From Octopus sinensis (Eukaryota), in the NCBI RefSeq assembly GCF_006345805.1, contig NW_021833009.1:1-64000 (forward strand): a stretch of DNA of 64,000 nucleotides, written 5' to 3'. Numbering within the stretch: the stretch's first letter is position 1; each line of letters starts with the position of its first letter. The position numbers and the translations under genes are program-made. Below are positions 51,026-64,000 of the stretch, piece by piece. The notes under the pieces are model-generated. The model was not told where the DNA came from. It saw nothing but the letters and a program-made list of their open reading frames with translations, and searched no databases.

Positions 51026-51399
51026 ATTGAAGAATGACTACGTCAGCGAACATGCATTATTTAACCTATTAATCTGCCGTATACTGTCGTAGTATTACAT
51101 GGTTTTTAATTTTGTTTTTTTATTAAATATCTACTCATTTTGAGGCTATGTGGTCAATTATATGGTCACAAATATCAACATTGGTTGATTCTAAACGTGC
51201 GAACTAGAATATTTGGGAATATTTATTTTCTTAGTTCTTTCATTGGGTTAGGTAAGAACAGTTATATTACCAAAAGTGTAATTTTTCATTACGTCATGTA
51301 TTGATGGATATTTTTAAATTCAATTGGGCATTTAAATGTAATGATCAATTTAGATTAATTTTTTATCTGTGTAATCTATTAAAATCGTTAATTGATCAA

Positions 51400-52400
51400 C
51401 TAATGAGATTCTTTTATAGTCTGGATTAATCACAACACTGAGTTGAAGCCACTTGTCGGTTTTTGGATATTGTACTTAAAATTAAATCAAAGTAATTCTA
51501 ATTATTAAATCGATTAGAAAAATTGGCCACAGATACCACAAATTCGTCCCGTTAGATGGTCATACATTTGTAGATTTTTGAGCGACTAATAAATGTCTAT
51601 TTATTATCAAAATTGATCATTTTGATCACTATAATATCATATCTGTTATGTTTTAAGCATCTTAGTTACTGAAGATAGTGTCGCATGGTTTAATTATAAT
51701 GAGTTGTACTGCTTACTGATATAACAGAAAGGACTATCCAAACAAGAACATCTCCTAGAACGATAATCCTTATGACTCCTTGCTTCCAAGGATGGTAAGG
51801 ATCACCTGAGTAATTTAAATTGCTGTTTCTGGGTAATTAATAATTGTCAGTTTATGCCATTGCGTTCAATAAAATCTATGTTTGTCGAGGTATTTGCTTA
51901 GTTTTGTGAAAATTAGTTAGTAATGCTTGCCTATCAGATTTTGAGTTGGGTGGTCGCTAGAATGGCGAAAAATTGTCTGATAGGAGGGTTCTGCTATGGA
52001 ATGAAAATGAAGACTCTCTAGAATGCCAATATATTGCTTAGATATGATAATGTTCTAATTGTGTTTGCGAAAAGACCTGATTGTCAGGTTGAGGTTTAAG
52101 GAGCTATGTGGGTATATCGAGAGTTGTCCTTGCTTCCAAGGACTATTGGTCATGAACATGAGATCAACACTACTCCCTGCAATTGCATTTATTCCAGCTA
52201 TCTTAATTGAATACTCACTTTACACTTGTATTTTCATCGTAAGCTCATTAATGGCTATTCTCAGTAGATTATGAACTCAATAGGACTAAGATTATGATGA
52301 ACACATTACTGGACTCACTAATGGCTAAAGTCTATTTGCATGGCTTTGATAAATCTTTCTAAATATGATTAAAAAGGTCTCCAGGACTTAATAACTTCCC
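51400..52400 (-). mobile_element. Highly degenerate R4-like retrotransposon relic
   Basis: TFISRSKIYKCMT resembles 'ITCL..IYK..T'; otherwise stop-riddled. Confidence 0.3.
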
Positions 52401-53513
52401 ATTAAAATAATTACCTCAATTTAAGACTGCTTCTGCAAGAAAATTTGACGTGACCTATTTTATCCCAAATAATGAAATATCATTATGATTTGATACCAAT
52501 AAAATGTATTTCCAATATATTCATATACATAACTTAGCGATAATCGGATAGGATCCTTAAATAAGATTCTGATCTTTATTTGATTATTCTACTTGGATGA
52601 TTTTTAGACCCCCTTAAGTGAGGAGGTCCAGTTAAGGCGATAATCATTTCATGAAAATTGATCGATGTTTGGTTTAGTTTGGTATGACTTTCAAGCACAA
52701 CTCGAGAACTGAAAATATATGGTCTCACAATGAAATACAGTAATATGACTTATAATTAATTATTGCCAATAAGATGATTTATGAAAACATGTCTATAAGC
52801 AAGAGCTGTTGTTTTGTAAATTATCCTACATCGAACAAGATTAAATCGCCAACTTTTGTTAATTATTTGATTAAATTTTTATATTTTTATCTGGAGAAAT
52901 GAAAACAATCATATCGACAAACAATCTGCTAATTATACCTAAGCTGTTCTCTTATGAGTATTGCAATAACTAAAATGGGTTAATTAAGAAAATCTCATTA
53001 GAGAAATACATGTCTTTTTCACGATATTACAATATGGGGATTCATTTAGTTACAATAAAAGAGTTTGGAAACACTTTTTTGCAATAAAATAAAGATTAAT
53101 AGATCTATGTCATATAAAGTTGTAATGAAACAGGAACATTTACTAAGTTATGATAAAATTGTGTTTTTGAACTAGTTCTACTTGTCTTTGTACAATAGTG
53201 GAAAAACTTTATTTTTGTTCATTTTGGATCATATAGTTAAAAAACAAATCAAGTTGAAATTAAATACCATTCACTACACTGAAAAGTCAAAATCAGGCAA
53301 GATGACCATCGACTATTTCTCAGTCTCTTTAAAACTACTCAAAATCTTCCAAGAATGCTAACACAAACCACGTGAAGAGAAATCCAAGCATTAGCAACCT
53401 TTTCTAAAAATTCCGCAAATATGGTAAATGCATACAACGAAAGGCTGTGATTGATAGTTAATCAACGCCCTAATACTGAACCAATAACTTATCCAAAATG
53501 GCCCCCTAGGCCA

Positions 53514-53597
53514 GATGCCTGGGTCGGTGGTTTGGGGGATCCCCGGGTCAACCAGTTTGTCTAATAGTTCATAGATCAAAGGGCAGTTATCAATTTC
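53514..53597 (-). repeat. 84-bp copy of an AP1M exon segment (43108-43191)
   Basis: Ungapped match with 4 substitutions. Confidence 0.92.
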
Positions 53598-53699
53598 AAG
53601 CTAGTGAGAGGATTCAAAGTTTTTAGACTTTGGAGTCCATTTTCGTGTAAACTGAAAATTATGTCAGATGACCATGAACTCAAAGAAGATCTTAGAACA

Positions 53700-54310
53700 A
53701 CCAATGAAGTTAAACTAGAGTTTCGCAACTGAACATTGGAGGAGTATGAGTTAAATTTGACACCTTTTTAGTGAGGACAGAAAAAATGCGAATATTGTTA
53801 ATATCAATCAAGTTGCTGTTCATTGAAATGTGCGATGAGACACTTGATTTAGCATTGGAAATTGACTTGATGTCTCCTTGGTAAGTTCGTTTGGGTCTTT
53901 CGTTGTTTCTGTGTTGAATTGTTTGTTGGATGCAGAAAAAATGATATGGGAGCCGAAAATTTGAATTTTTATTTCTTAATAATAATTTTTTCAAAAGTGG
54001 AGCTAACTCGATGAAGAAGAGACATGATGAGGTGACAGAATAATCTTTGGCCTTGTCTTGTTGGTAAGGCTTTCAAATGTGCACTGTCCTGCATAGATAA
54101 TATCAGTAATATCGTTGATATTCAAATTTGACAGGGGACCAATATATTGTTTGATTGATGCGTCGATTCCATTTAAAATGTCATTTTTCAACAGTTGTCG
54201 TGGAATTCTCCTGGTTGGCACACGGAGCTTTTTTCCGGTTGTACGTATTCGCCCAATTTGGGAACAAAATTCTTCAAAACATTTTCCAAGATTTCAGCCT
54301 TCTGGGATCC
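53700..54310 (-). mobile_element. R4/Dong-like retrotransposon N-terminal ORF relic
   Basis: RRIPRQLL...NINDITDIIYAGQCTFESLT resembles the 'I..IN.LIYAA...Y' region of R4-like ORFs. Confidence 0.45.
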
Positions 54311-56184
54311 CAAAAGTGTGATTTTTCATTACGTCATGTATTGATGGATATTTTTAAATTCAATTGGGCATTTAAATGTCATGATCAATTTAGATTATTT
54401 TTATCTGTGTAATCTATTAAAATCGTTAATTGATCAACTAATCATATTCATTTCTAACCGACTAACAATACCTTTTATTTCAAGAAATAAGTTCGGAAGA
54501 GGCCCGAAGTCACTTAGTTTTAAAGAGAAAAAAGTGTCCATTCATTTTTAGTGACTTTGAAACATAAAGCAAATTTTGTCTAAAAAAGGAGGAATTCTGC
54601 CACTCATTTATTTAAAGAAAGGTGTCATCACCACCGAGAATTCACAAAGTTCAGACAAATGTTTGTTAGTATTAAATAATTCTTTACTCAGTAATTCTGC
54701 CTTTCCCAAAAAATTCTTTTATGAGAAAATGTTTCATAGCGATGACATTTTCTCAAAAATTAGAACTGTTTCAATCTTATATTAGAATCAGTTACGATCT
54801 AAATTTACTTTGTTTTGGACTATTCAAGAACGATTGTTTTTGTAACACAATTTAAAAAAATGTCAAAATTAATTAAAAATGGTTTATGTCAAATTGTAAA
54901 TAGAAAATGACTCTTTCTCGCTTTACAGCTTCATGGTTACTAACTAGTCTTGCCAGGGAAATCAATTGGACGGGCGGTACAATTATAAAATCAATCTTAG
55001 AGGTGTCACTATTTCCAATCGCGGGGATTCCAATATTGCATAGTTGTGTCATTACGTATTGTTCTGTCTTTAATGTGGTTAAAAATGTAAATTTTAATTC
55101 ATATCGTTTATCCAATTTCATAAGTAAAAGTTGCGTTTAATGGTGTGTAAAAGTATCAAATCACAAATGTCCCTATCAGTTTGCAGAGGAAATAATGTGA
55201 TTGTATTTTTATTACAACAAATAGAGAATGAACAAAAAAAGAATCCCCCGTCTCTACAAAATATAACAAATCACTGACAGCACAGACTTTCTCCTCTGAC
55301 CGATGATCTACACATGCAAACACATTTTAAATATTCCCATAAATAAAGAAAAACCAATTATAAAAGTAGAAATTAAGGATATTTCGAAATTGTGAATAAT
55401 TCTAGCTTTTAACAAATATCTTCTTTCCTATGCAGTTATGAAGAGTAAGGGTGTTAGTACTGACTGCACCCAGATGTTCCCCAGCTGATGAATTCAAACA
55501 AATTATTGTAGAGACTGTTATTTTCCGTTTGCATTCTGTCATTGTTTGACATGAACATAATAATTTGTTCCTCCCGAGGGTATGATTTGTTTATCCATGG
55601 GCTGAACATTATGAAATATGAACAGTTAATTTCATTTAATCGGGAAAGGAAATTTTCTCAGAGAGGATTTATTTTGTCAGTTCATATGTGAACGTTACTA
55701 TTAGTTCGATTAACGTTGTATTATCCTTCAATAAAAATGATTATAATCAATGAATGCTCATGACTGAGTTCATTTATAATAGTAAACGTTGTATTATCGA
55801 ACTGATTTCATATGTGAACGTTTACTACTCAGTCATTGAGCATTCAGAGTATTTTTCGCTCTTGGTAAGATTGAGAGTACCCGTGATCTTTTCATAAAAC
55901 GAATGGGTCCATTAGACGTTGACGGGGAGATTATCTCTCCCTGGCGTCTATCGAATGCTGGGTTCACCCGTAAACGTGTACTTCTGACGATGCTAGGCTC
56001 GTTAGAGGGTCTGGTCTTCAAAAATCAGTTGCAGATGCACCAATCGTAGATAAATCAAAATTAAGATGGTTTAAAAAATACAAAAGGTATACAAAAACGA
56101 ATATGAAAATGTCAAAATAATAAAAAAGATTGACTTTGAAGGAATAAAATCAAAATAAATCATACAAATGATAAAATTTCAAAT

Positions 56185-56477
56185 TCTGAAATCAAAAAGG
56201 GATCTCCTTCCTATCCGGCCTTAGAAAGGCGTTACGTGGTCCACCAAATTCACTTGGAGATTTCGACTGGATTTGGAACGCCGAGGGGGCACCTAATGCT
56301 CACCGAAAAAGGACCAATAGCTCTCCTACCCCCTGGACATCGTCGTCGCAGGACGATGCACTTTGCATAGGATTGAACCTTCCGGAGGATCTCCGTCAAA
56401 GTGCGTCGGGATCACATGCTAATTAGTTCGGTCTTAACTGTGGTCTTGGTGTTTAATAAATAAATAAATAAATAAAG
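56185..56477 (+). mobile_element. GC-rich SINE-like or LINE 3'-UTR-like element ending in (TAAA)n
   Basis: GC-rich island with an internal hairpin CATCGTC-gtcgcag-GACGATG and a (TAAA)5 tail at about 56457-56477. Confidence 0.45.
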
Positions 56478-56939
56478 GAAGTGAAAGTTTATAATGATTT
56501 ATTCCTTACAAATCAAATTAAATAAGTATGTAGCAAAGTACACATAAAACACCAACAAACTATGCCAACCATGCGTATCAGCGTGTTATAATTTATTGGC
56601 CTTACCTTTAAAAATAGATTAACCATAGTGTAATAATTTTAATAAATATGAATTTTATTTATATTTTCAAAAAGATTCTCATGCCAATTCGCTAATCTAA
56701 CATTCTATTATATAGAGCTCTTTTAGTCATTCCGGCACTGGCCACACGAGCAGGCAGTGCAATAGATCATCCTCTTTCTTTTGTTCATCGTTTTGCATTT
56801 TCTGCAGATCTCATCTTCTCTTGCAGTTTCTTGGATGTTCTTTTCAGATTTTTCCTTTCTTTTTTCTTTTCTTTTTTTCCTTCTTCTTAGACACAATAAA
56901 TGGAACACACCATTACAACGTCACAGTGAAAGATCCATA

Positions 56940-57576
56940 TTTTCACGAATTCTTTTCTTTACTTTAGCTTTGAATGAACAATAGACAGACATCCAATTTT
57001 TGAACGTCCTTCTTTACGACGACAAAATAAATTAAAATTTGACTCATCTATCCAAATTATAGTTCTTCCTTTAGATCTCGCATTCAAAAGACGTGTTAAA
57101 TAATCCATTCTTTTTATTTTATTTTCCTCTGTATTCATGTTTATTGTGATTGGCCGAATTGATTTCAATGAAATTAATTGTCCATCAAGCCAATTTTTTA
57201 CTGTATTTACACAAACAGTAACATTGAATTGAGCTTGAATTTTTTCAGTACATTCGACCAGTGAGATCTGGCAATCACATTCAATCCAAGTTAATAGAGC
57301 AGATATAATTTCTTCACTTTTTTTACTCCAAATCTTTCCTCCTTTAGGAAGTAATTCAATTTTTTTATTTTTAATCCAATAATATGCGGTCCTTTCTTTC
57401 ACTCCAAAAGACCTGCATAAAGAGCGCCAATCTCCATCTCTATCGTGTGTGTCTATGATCAATTTCCGTGTCTATGATCAATATTTTCCGTAATGTCCTC
57501 TTCCTTGTCTGTTTATGCAAATGTCTTCTGTACCATTTTCTTGTGAATTTTCGGAGGCTTCTGGATTTTGTGCCAT
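56940..57576 (-). mobile_element. IS630/Tc1-like transposase relic with internal deletion
   Basis: HTH region, then IIWIDESNFNLF (first catalytic D), jumping directly to FKAKVKKRIRE (post-catalytic helix). Confidence 0.75.
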
Positions 57577-57659
57577 TTTTAATTTAATTTTAAACGCAAA
57601 AATACTTTATATATATTGTTTAAACGCATTAATGTTGCGTCAAGGTTATACAAAATGAA

Positions 57660-57890
57660 TTTGTAAAATTGAATTTCCTGCTAGCTAAAGTAATATTCCT
57701 ACTAGCAAAATTGATTTTCCTAGCCGCAAATTTGATTTCCCACTTGCAAAACCGATTTTCATGACCGCAAATTAATTTTCTTGATTGTAAAATTGACTTT
57801 CTTAACCGCAAAAATCATTTTTTACTTGCAGGAATGAGTTTACTGACCGCAAATTAAATTTCGTATTTGCAAAATAGAGTTGTAAATGGT
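57660..57890. repeat. Degenerate ~21-bp tandem array with alternating CCGCAAA/TTGCAAA units, upstream of the transposase
   Basis: About 11 units, e.g. CCGCAAATTTGATTTCCCAC / TTGCAAAACCGATTTTCATGA. Probably a subterminal repeat. Confidence 0.75.
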
Positions 57891-58439
57891 ATAGAGACTT
57901 TAAATATATATTAGATAAACTAAGGAATCCTGGGTTATCATTTTTTTCAATATCTAGATCGAATTCGAGTTACTTTCAGAGTCCAAATATCGACATAATG
58001 TCAAAATTTTGCAAACGACATGTCAATGAGACGATCAGATTGTTAATTAATGGAAAAATTGTTTTGATTGTGGATGAGACTGATGTCGGTAAATAAAAAT
58101 ATGTAAATATTCTTATTAAAAAAATAACGGATTCTCAAATCAGCTATATATCGATTGTAGAATGCATCATTATATGTCAAATTGTGGATGATACGATTTG
58201 AAGTGCAAGTGTTTAGAGGAAAAATTTTTACTTGTTATTAACTGGCATGGCAAAGTATACGATTTCAGCCAGAGAAAAGCTAAGCAATTTTTTTGCAATT
58301 TTTGTTTTTTCGACAGAGAATCTATTCATGACGACTCTTTATTTTGTTAGGAATTAACTGGGAGATCAATGGCTAGTGATATTTTTGATTTTTTTGGCTT
58401 TTTACGTGACAATCGTATTCACTGGGATCAAGTTGGATC

Positions 58440-58861
58440 TATTTGTAGATATTAAAATAAAACAACGTTCTAGTTTTGTCAGATTGGTGAAAGAAATAGC
58501 AATTATTCTTCCCCAATTGTATGGAGTTTACCAGAATTATCGATGAGTAAAGCAATATCATATAATGCAATAAGACCATCATCATTCCTTTTATTATCAG
58601 CAGTAAATATATTTGCCCATTTCTGTTGATTTTTATGTTTTTCATCATTAGGAGTTGTAGTGAAACCGTATTTTATATACATAGCATTTTCCTGATGAAT
58701 TTTTCTACAAAATAACACGAGTTTTTAGAATAGGCTTTCAATTCTAAAAATCTAAATAATAATTTTCATTGCCCCCTTTAAATTTATATTGCATCCCAGT
58801 AAACGATTTAGTCATAAACGCCCCCTTAATAATTTTGTATCGCCCACTTTGGGAAACCCTG
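58440..58861 (-). mobile_element. ZBED5/Buster-type hAT relic with one TIR
   Basis: TIR CAGGGTTTCCCAAAGTGGGCG at 58861 with flank CTTTAGAT. YIKYGFT..PNDE and ALYDIALLI..SGKLHTIGEE motifs. Confidence 0.75.
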
Positions 58862-59099
58862 CTTTAGATGCTCCACTTCTTTTGTCCTGGCTTTAAAACG
58901 TTTGCAGTGTGTTCGCTCTTTATCATATTCTGTCTCTATTGCATGTAGATAATGTTTAATAGAATGTGAAGGGAATAATCGCTCAATTAGGTATTGCACT
59001 TTGTGCGCCTCTACAATGCATTTATTTGTGAAACCTATCTTACTATACAACTCGTTCTGTTGGGGGATCTCCCCTTCAAAAACTAAAAAACTTAAATCC

Positions 59100-59480
59100 T
59101 TTCACCAAAAGCAACTGCGTATACTATGTGGGGTACAATGGCCCACACGGATCAACAATGGTATACTTTACTGAGAATATTCAGTGCACATTGGAGGCCC
59201 GTTGGAGACTGTTTGAGCATGTCCTATGTATAAACCCGACGTCACCCGCAAATCTGAGTATGGAAGAATACTTTACTGCAAGTGGAAAGAAATTTCGGGG
59301 CGTTCGCGTACTAGAGATGTTGAACGCAGACCTCAACTCAATCAACTGCAAGTTCAAAAATGGGGACAATCTGAACATAATGAAGAGTTTAGCATGCAAC
59401 AGGGAAGGGTGGACAAGGATTATGAAAAAATCGTTTAAGTGCCGCACGTGTGGAAACATAACTAGTATGTTCTACGGCAG
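59100..59480 (+). mobile_element. RTE-clade LINE 3' relic (same family as 26520-27660)
   Basis: ARWRLFEHVL.INPTSPANLSMEEYF...FRG...ADL...LACNREGW. Confidence 0.75.
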
Positions 59481-59926
59481 TTGCAATTAATAATAATACA
59501 TAAACCAATGAATGCACATTTTCAACAAGTAAAAGAACAGGAATCAACTGATTGTTATTTCTTCTGTATAGTTCTAGTTTTTTCAACCTGAGACATGAGA
59601 CAGTCACACTATAGTGGTTTATTTATTAAATAATAGTTATTTTGGTAACAGGAGAATTGCAGTGGCAATGATTACATATTCCATCAGTTGAAAAGACATA
59701 AGGCGATTCGTCCACGCCTGTTATAAGGAAACATTTCTTAGCTTTCATGTGGGAATATGCAAACAAACTTAAAACAATTTTAGAACTAAATTATTTCCCC
59801 ATAAATGAAAAGAAATCTCAATTTATCATTCTGTGTTAATTAAACTAATCTCTACAAATTATTAGAATTATTAATTAATAATAAATAAATAATAAATATA
59901 ACCACAAATAGTGAACACAACCCACA

Positions 59927-61295
<1,369 letters not shown>

Positions 61296-61394
61296 ATTTA
61301 ATTTAATAAAATTATAAATTAATTATAAATTAAATACTTAATTGGTAAAGCAATTAAGGAATAGATATGAATTTCCAAATAAGATTATAATAAA

Positions 61395-62730
61395 ATGAGT
61401 GTTTCAGTGGTGTGTGACAATGGAACTGGGGTATAGAATGATATATATAAAAGTATGTAAAATGTGGGTACAACACGGAGAACATCCCTCGACACGTATT
61501 CCCAGCAGTAGTAGGATTCCCAGTAATCCGAGCAGACGTGAAGCAGGACAGTAGAGTGCGAATAAAAGTAAGAGTGTGTGTGAGTGAAGGACGTGATGGT
61601 GGGGTGGGAGGCAGCGGACAACCGTGCATACCTGTCTCTGAAGTACCCAATGGAGAACGGGATAATCCGTGACTGGGAGTGCATGACCCACCTGTATGAC
61701 TACACATTCGGAGTGGACTGCCTCAACCTGGAGTGCAAGGACACACGGATAATGCTGACGGAACCCCCCAGCAACCCCCTGAAGAACAGAGAGAAGATGG
61801 CGGAGGTACTCCCCGCTGACCACCCCAGCTCATGTTCGACAAGTACAACTTCCACAGTATATATGTGGCCATTCAGGCAGTGCTCACTTTGTACGCGCAG
61901 GGTAAGGAGGTGTGTGATTGCAGGACTGTTTACTGGGATTGTGTTGGACGCAGGTGATGGAGTGAGTCACGTCTGTCCTGTCTATGAAGGGTGTTCTATT
62001 CCCAGTGCCATTATGAGACTCAACCTGGCTGGGAGGGATGTCAGTTCTCGTCTCCTCAAGGTTGGGGGGTGCCCTCACTCTAGCTCGTCCAACTCAGAGG
62101 ATACAACCTCAACAGTCATGCCGACTTGCAGACTGTTGGAGAAATGAAGGAACAGTTGTGCTACGTCGCCTATGACATTGCCAAAGAACAGAAACTGGCC
62201 ACCGACACTACTTTTGTCAGAGATAGCTACACGGTTGGCCTCTCTCCTCACTCACAGTTGCCTGATGGAAGGACTATCTCCATCGAGGAGGAACGCTTTA
62301 TGGCTCCTGAGATCCTCTTCCATCCTCAACTCGTCGATATTGAACAGGGCGGAGTCCATTCCTTATGCTTCCAGTCCATCAATGTACAGAATGTTCTCGA
62401 ATGTTCTAGAAATGTGACATCGACGTCAGGACCAGTCTTCTTAAGGAAATCAACCTATCCGGAGGCACTACCATGCTCCCCGGATTCCCCTCTCGCCTAG
62501 AAAGGGAAATTAAACGTCTCCACTCTGAGAAAGTGGGCACTGCCAATGTTGAGTTGTCTTGTCATTGGCAGAAGACCCCCATTAACATTAAGGACCCCCC
62601 TTATAGGAAGAACTTGGTCTTCCAGGGGGCCGCAGTCCTGGCCGGGGTCATTCAGAACAATGACTCCGCCTGGGTCACCCAACAGGAGTATAGAGAGCAG
62701 GGAGTCAGGTGTATGGCTAAACTTAAATAA
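61395..62730 (+). CDS. ACTR2: Actin-related protein 2
   Basis: VVCDNGTG|[73 protein letters not shown]. Confidence 0.95.
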
Positions 62731-62801
62731 GATTAATTTAATTTAAATCAGGATATATTTTAATTGGTTTTAATATAATAAAATAATTAAATATTCTGGT
62801 G

Positions 62802-64000
62802 ATGTTAGACGAGTCTTTTACTATTGGTGAACAGGCCAAGCAGAACGCACTAGCATCCATCAAAAACCTGTTTCAAGTACAACTAGTGAGTCATGTCACA
62901 GGACCCCAAACAATTAGACCGACTGGACCAAATAAAACTAAGAAATTCACAAAATCTTGTATTTATATAAAATAATGCAGAAAAATGCGGAATCAAACCT
63001 AAGAAAGTTTATTGAATGTTATGTCAGTGATATTCGAACTGCCATTGATTTGTTAGAGACATCAAAGTCCAGTTATAACCAAGTCCTCGACTGGTTGTCC
63101 TCCCTTCCCTAAAGACCAGCATGAACTCCATTGGGGAACAAGTCAAGGATTCTGTCCTCACATCCCCCGCCTTTGATAAACTTGCCCAGGAGAACATTGA
63201 GTATGAAAAGGTCACTTTTCTCCCACAACGACCTCCTAGTTAAAGTCAGCACTGTCCAATGCAGAAATCATCAACAAGGCCTCCTCCATGTTTGAAAATG
63301 CCCGCCAATTTATTAAAGCAGAGAACTTTCTGAGCGCACACGCAATGTAATTATTCCATTCTTTCTGGAACGTTCTGGAACATTCTAGAATGTTCTGGAA
63401 TGTTATTGTGGTTATTTAGATTGATGGAATTGGAGCAATGTGGGCTCAATCTGGTGTCTGAGGGGGAACTGGATGGGAGGATCCTCACGTTCTTTGAAGA
63501 CCTGGACAATATTGTGGAGGAACTGTTTGGAAGTCTGACAGTAGTGATTCGAAGACTGGTCCTCCACCTGAGGAGGTCTCCCTCTTCTGTGGTGACAGCA
63601 ATCCGCATAATCGAACGAGAGTGCAAGTATGTGTTTATATTAATGCAGAATTGATGCCAGTTTTGAGGAACTGTTCGAAAGGACAAACTTTAGACCAAAA
63701 GGACGACCAAAATGCCTGAGAAAACGTTTTTTCTCACTGATTGGTGAAAACATTGTGGAACGAGTGGAAGGGTGTCAAGTGGAGGACAGAGGGGAGGAGA
63801 CGTGGATCCTAAAATACCTGGAGAGTGTGGTGGAGGTGACGAAGGCGGACCTGTGTGTGATAGGAGTATATATAGTGGATAACCAGGCGTACAGTGAGGA
63901 ATGTTTTCCCCGTGAGTACAACATGTTGAGTGAATACAGTGAGTGCTACCACAGGGTGGTGAGTGAGCGAGTATGTGTTGAGAATGAGGAGTAGTTGGAG
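62802..64000 (+). CDS. EXOC3: Exocyst subunit Sec6/EXOC3, 5' part (runs off the window)
   Basis: ALASIKNLFQ|DPKQLDRLDQ, LMELEQ...L...FFEDL, LRRSPSSVVTAIRIIERE and GRPK match EXOC3 motifs. Confidence 0.85.

Noticed and set aside
54873-55121. Ribosomal protein uS2-like motif (NIGIPAIGNSDT)
   Set aside because: Only one short motif, with no supporting upstream or downstream exons.
55480-55530. Hammerhead ribozyme at CTGATGA
   Set aside because: No stem II or GAAA core follows.
57660-57890. ~21-bp periodic array as a CRISPR array
   Set aside because: Units are contiguous and degenerate with no unique spacers, there are no cas genes, and the context is eukaryotic beside a transposase.
57960-58430. 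piggyBac or Merlin transposase relic
   Set aside because: Motif hints (IVDETDVGK) are inconsistent between families and too degraded to call.

Overview
This is eukaryotic, AT-rich genomic DNA from a reduced metazoan, not a prokaryote. Divergent animal genes carry very small GT-AG introns (about 18-30 nt), and there is TTAGGG-type repeat. A myxozoan (parasitic cnidarian) is my best inference; dicyemids and orthonectids cannot be excluded. The window alternates between transposon-relic regions (about 0.7-20, 22.6-28 and 51-59.6 kb) and compact gene islands. Genes recognised: calcyphosin-like, PPIG, OSTC, eIF4E, FAM98-like, a large helical-repeat gene, AP-1 mu, IMPDH, an aconitase/IRP-like gene, PHTF, ERK, Arp2 and EXOC3. 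Highlights: (1) two endogenous rhabdovirus-like elements 10 kb apart, an L-polymerase core fragment and a collinear ~400-codon glycoprotein ectodomain that lacks both fusion-domain disulfide pairs; (2) an ACO1/IRP-like gene that has lost most catalytic and Fe-S residues but keeps the IRE-binding pocket residues; (3) a TTAA-flanked TIR element carrying a telomere-like array; (4) a LINE-interrupted tandem duplication holding a fast-diverging secreted LRR-like gene; (5) a patchwork of short inserts copied from elsewhere in the window. Several single-base frameshifts sit in homopolymers, so some pseudogene calls may be assembly errors. All homology calls are by eye from remembered sequences; no searches were run.
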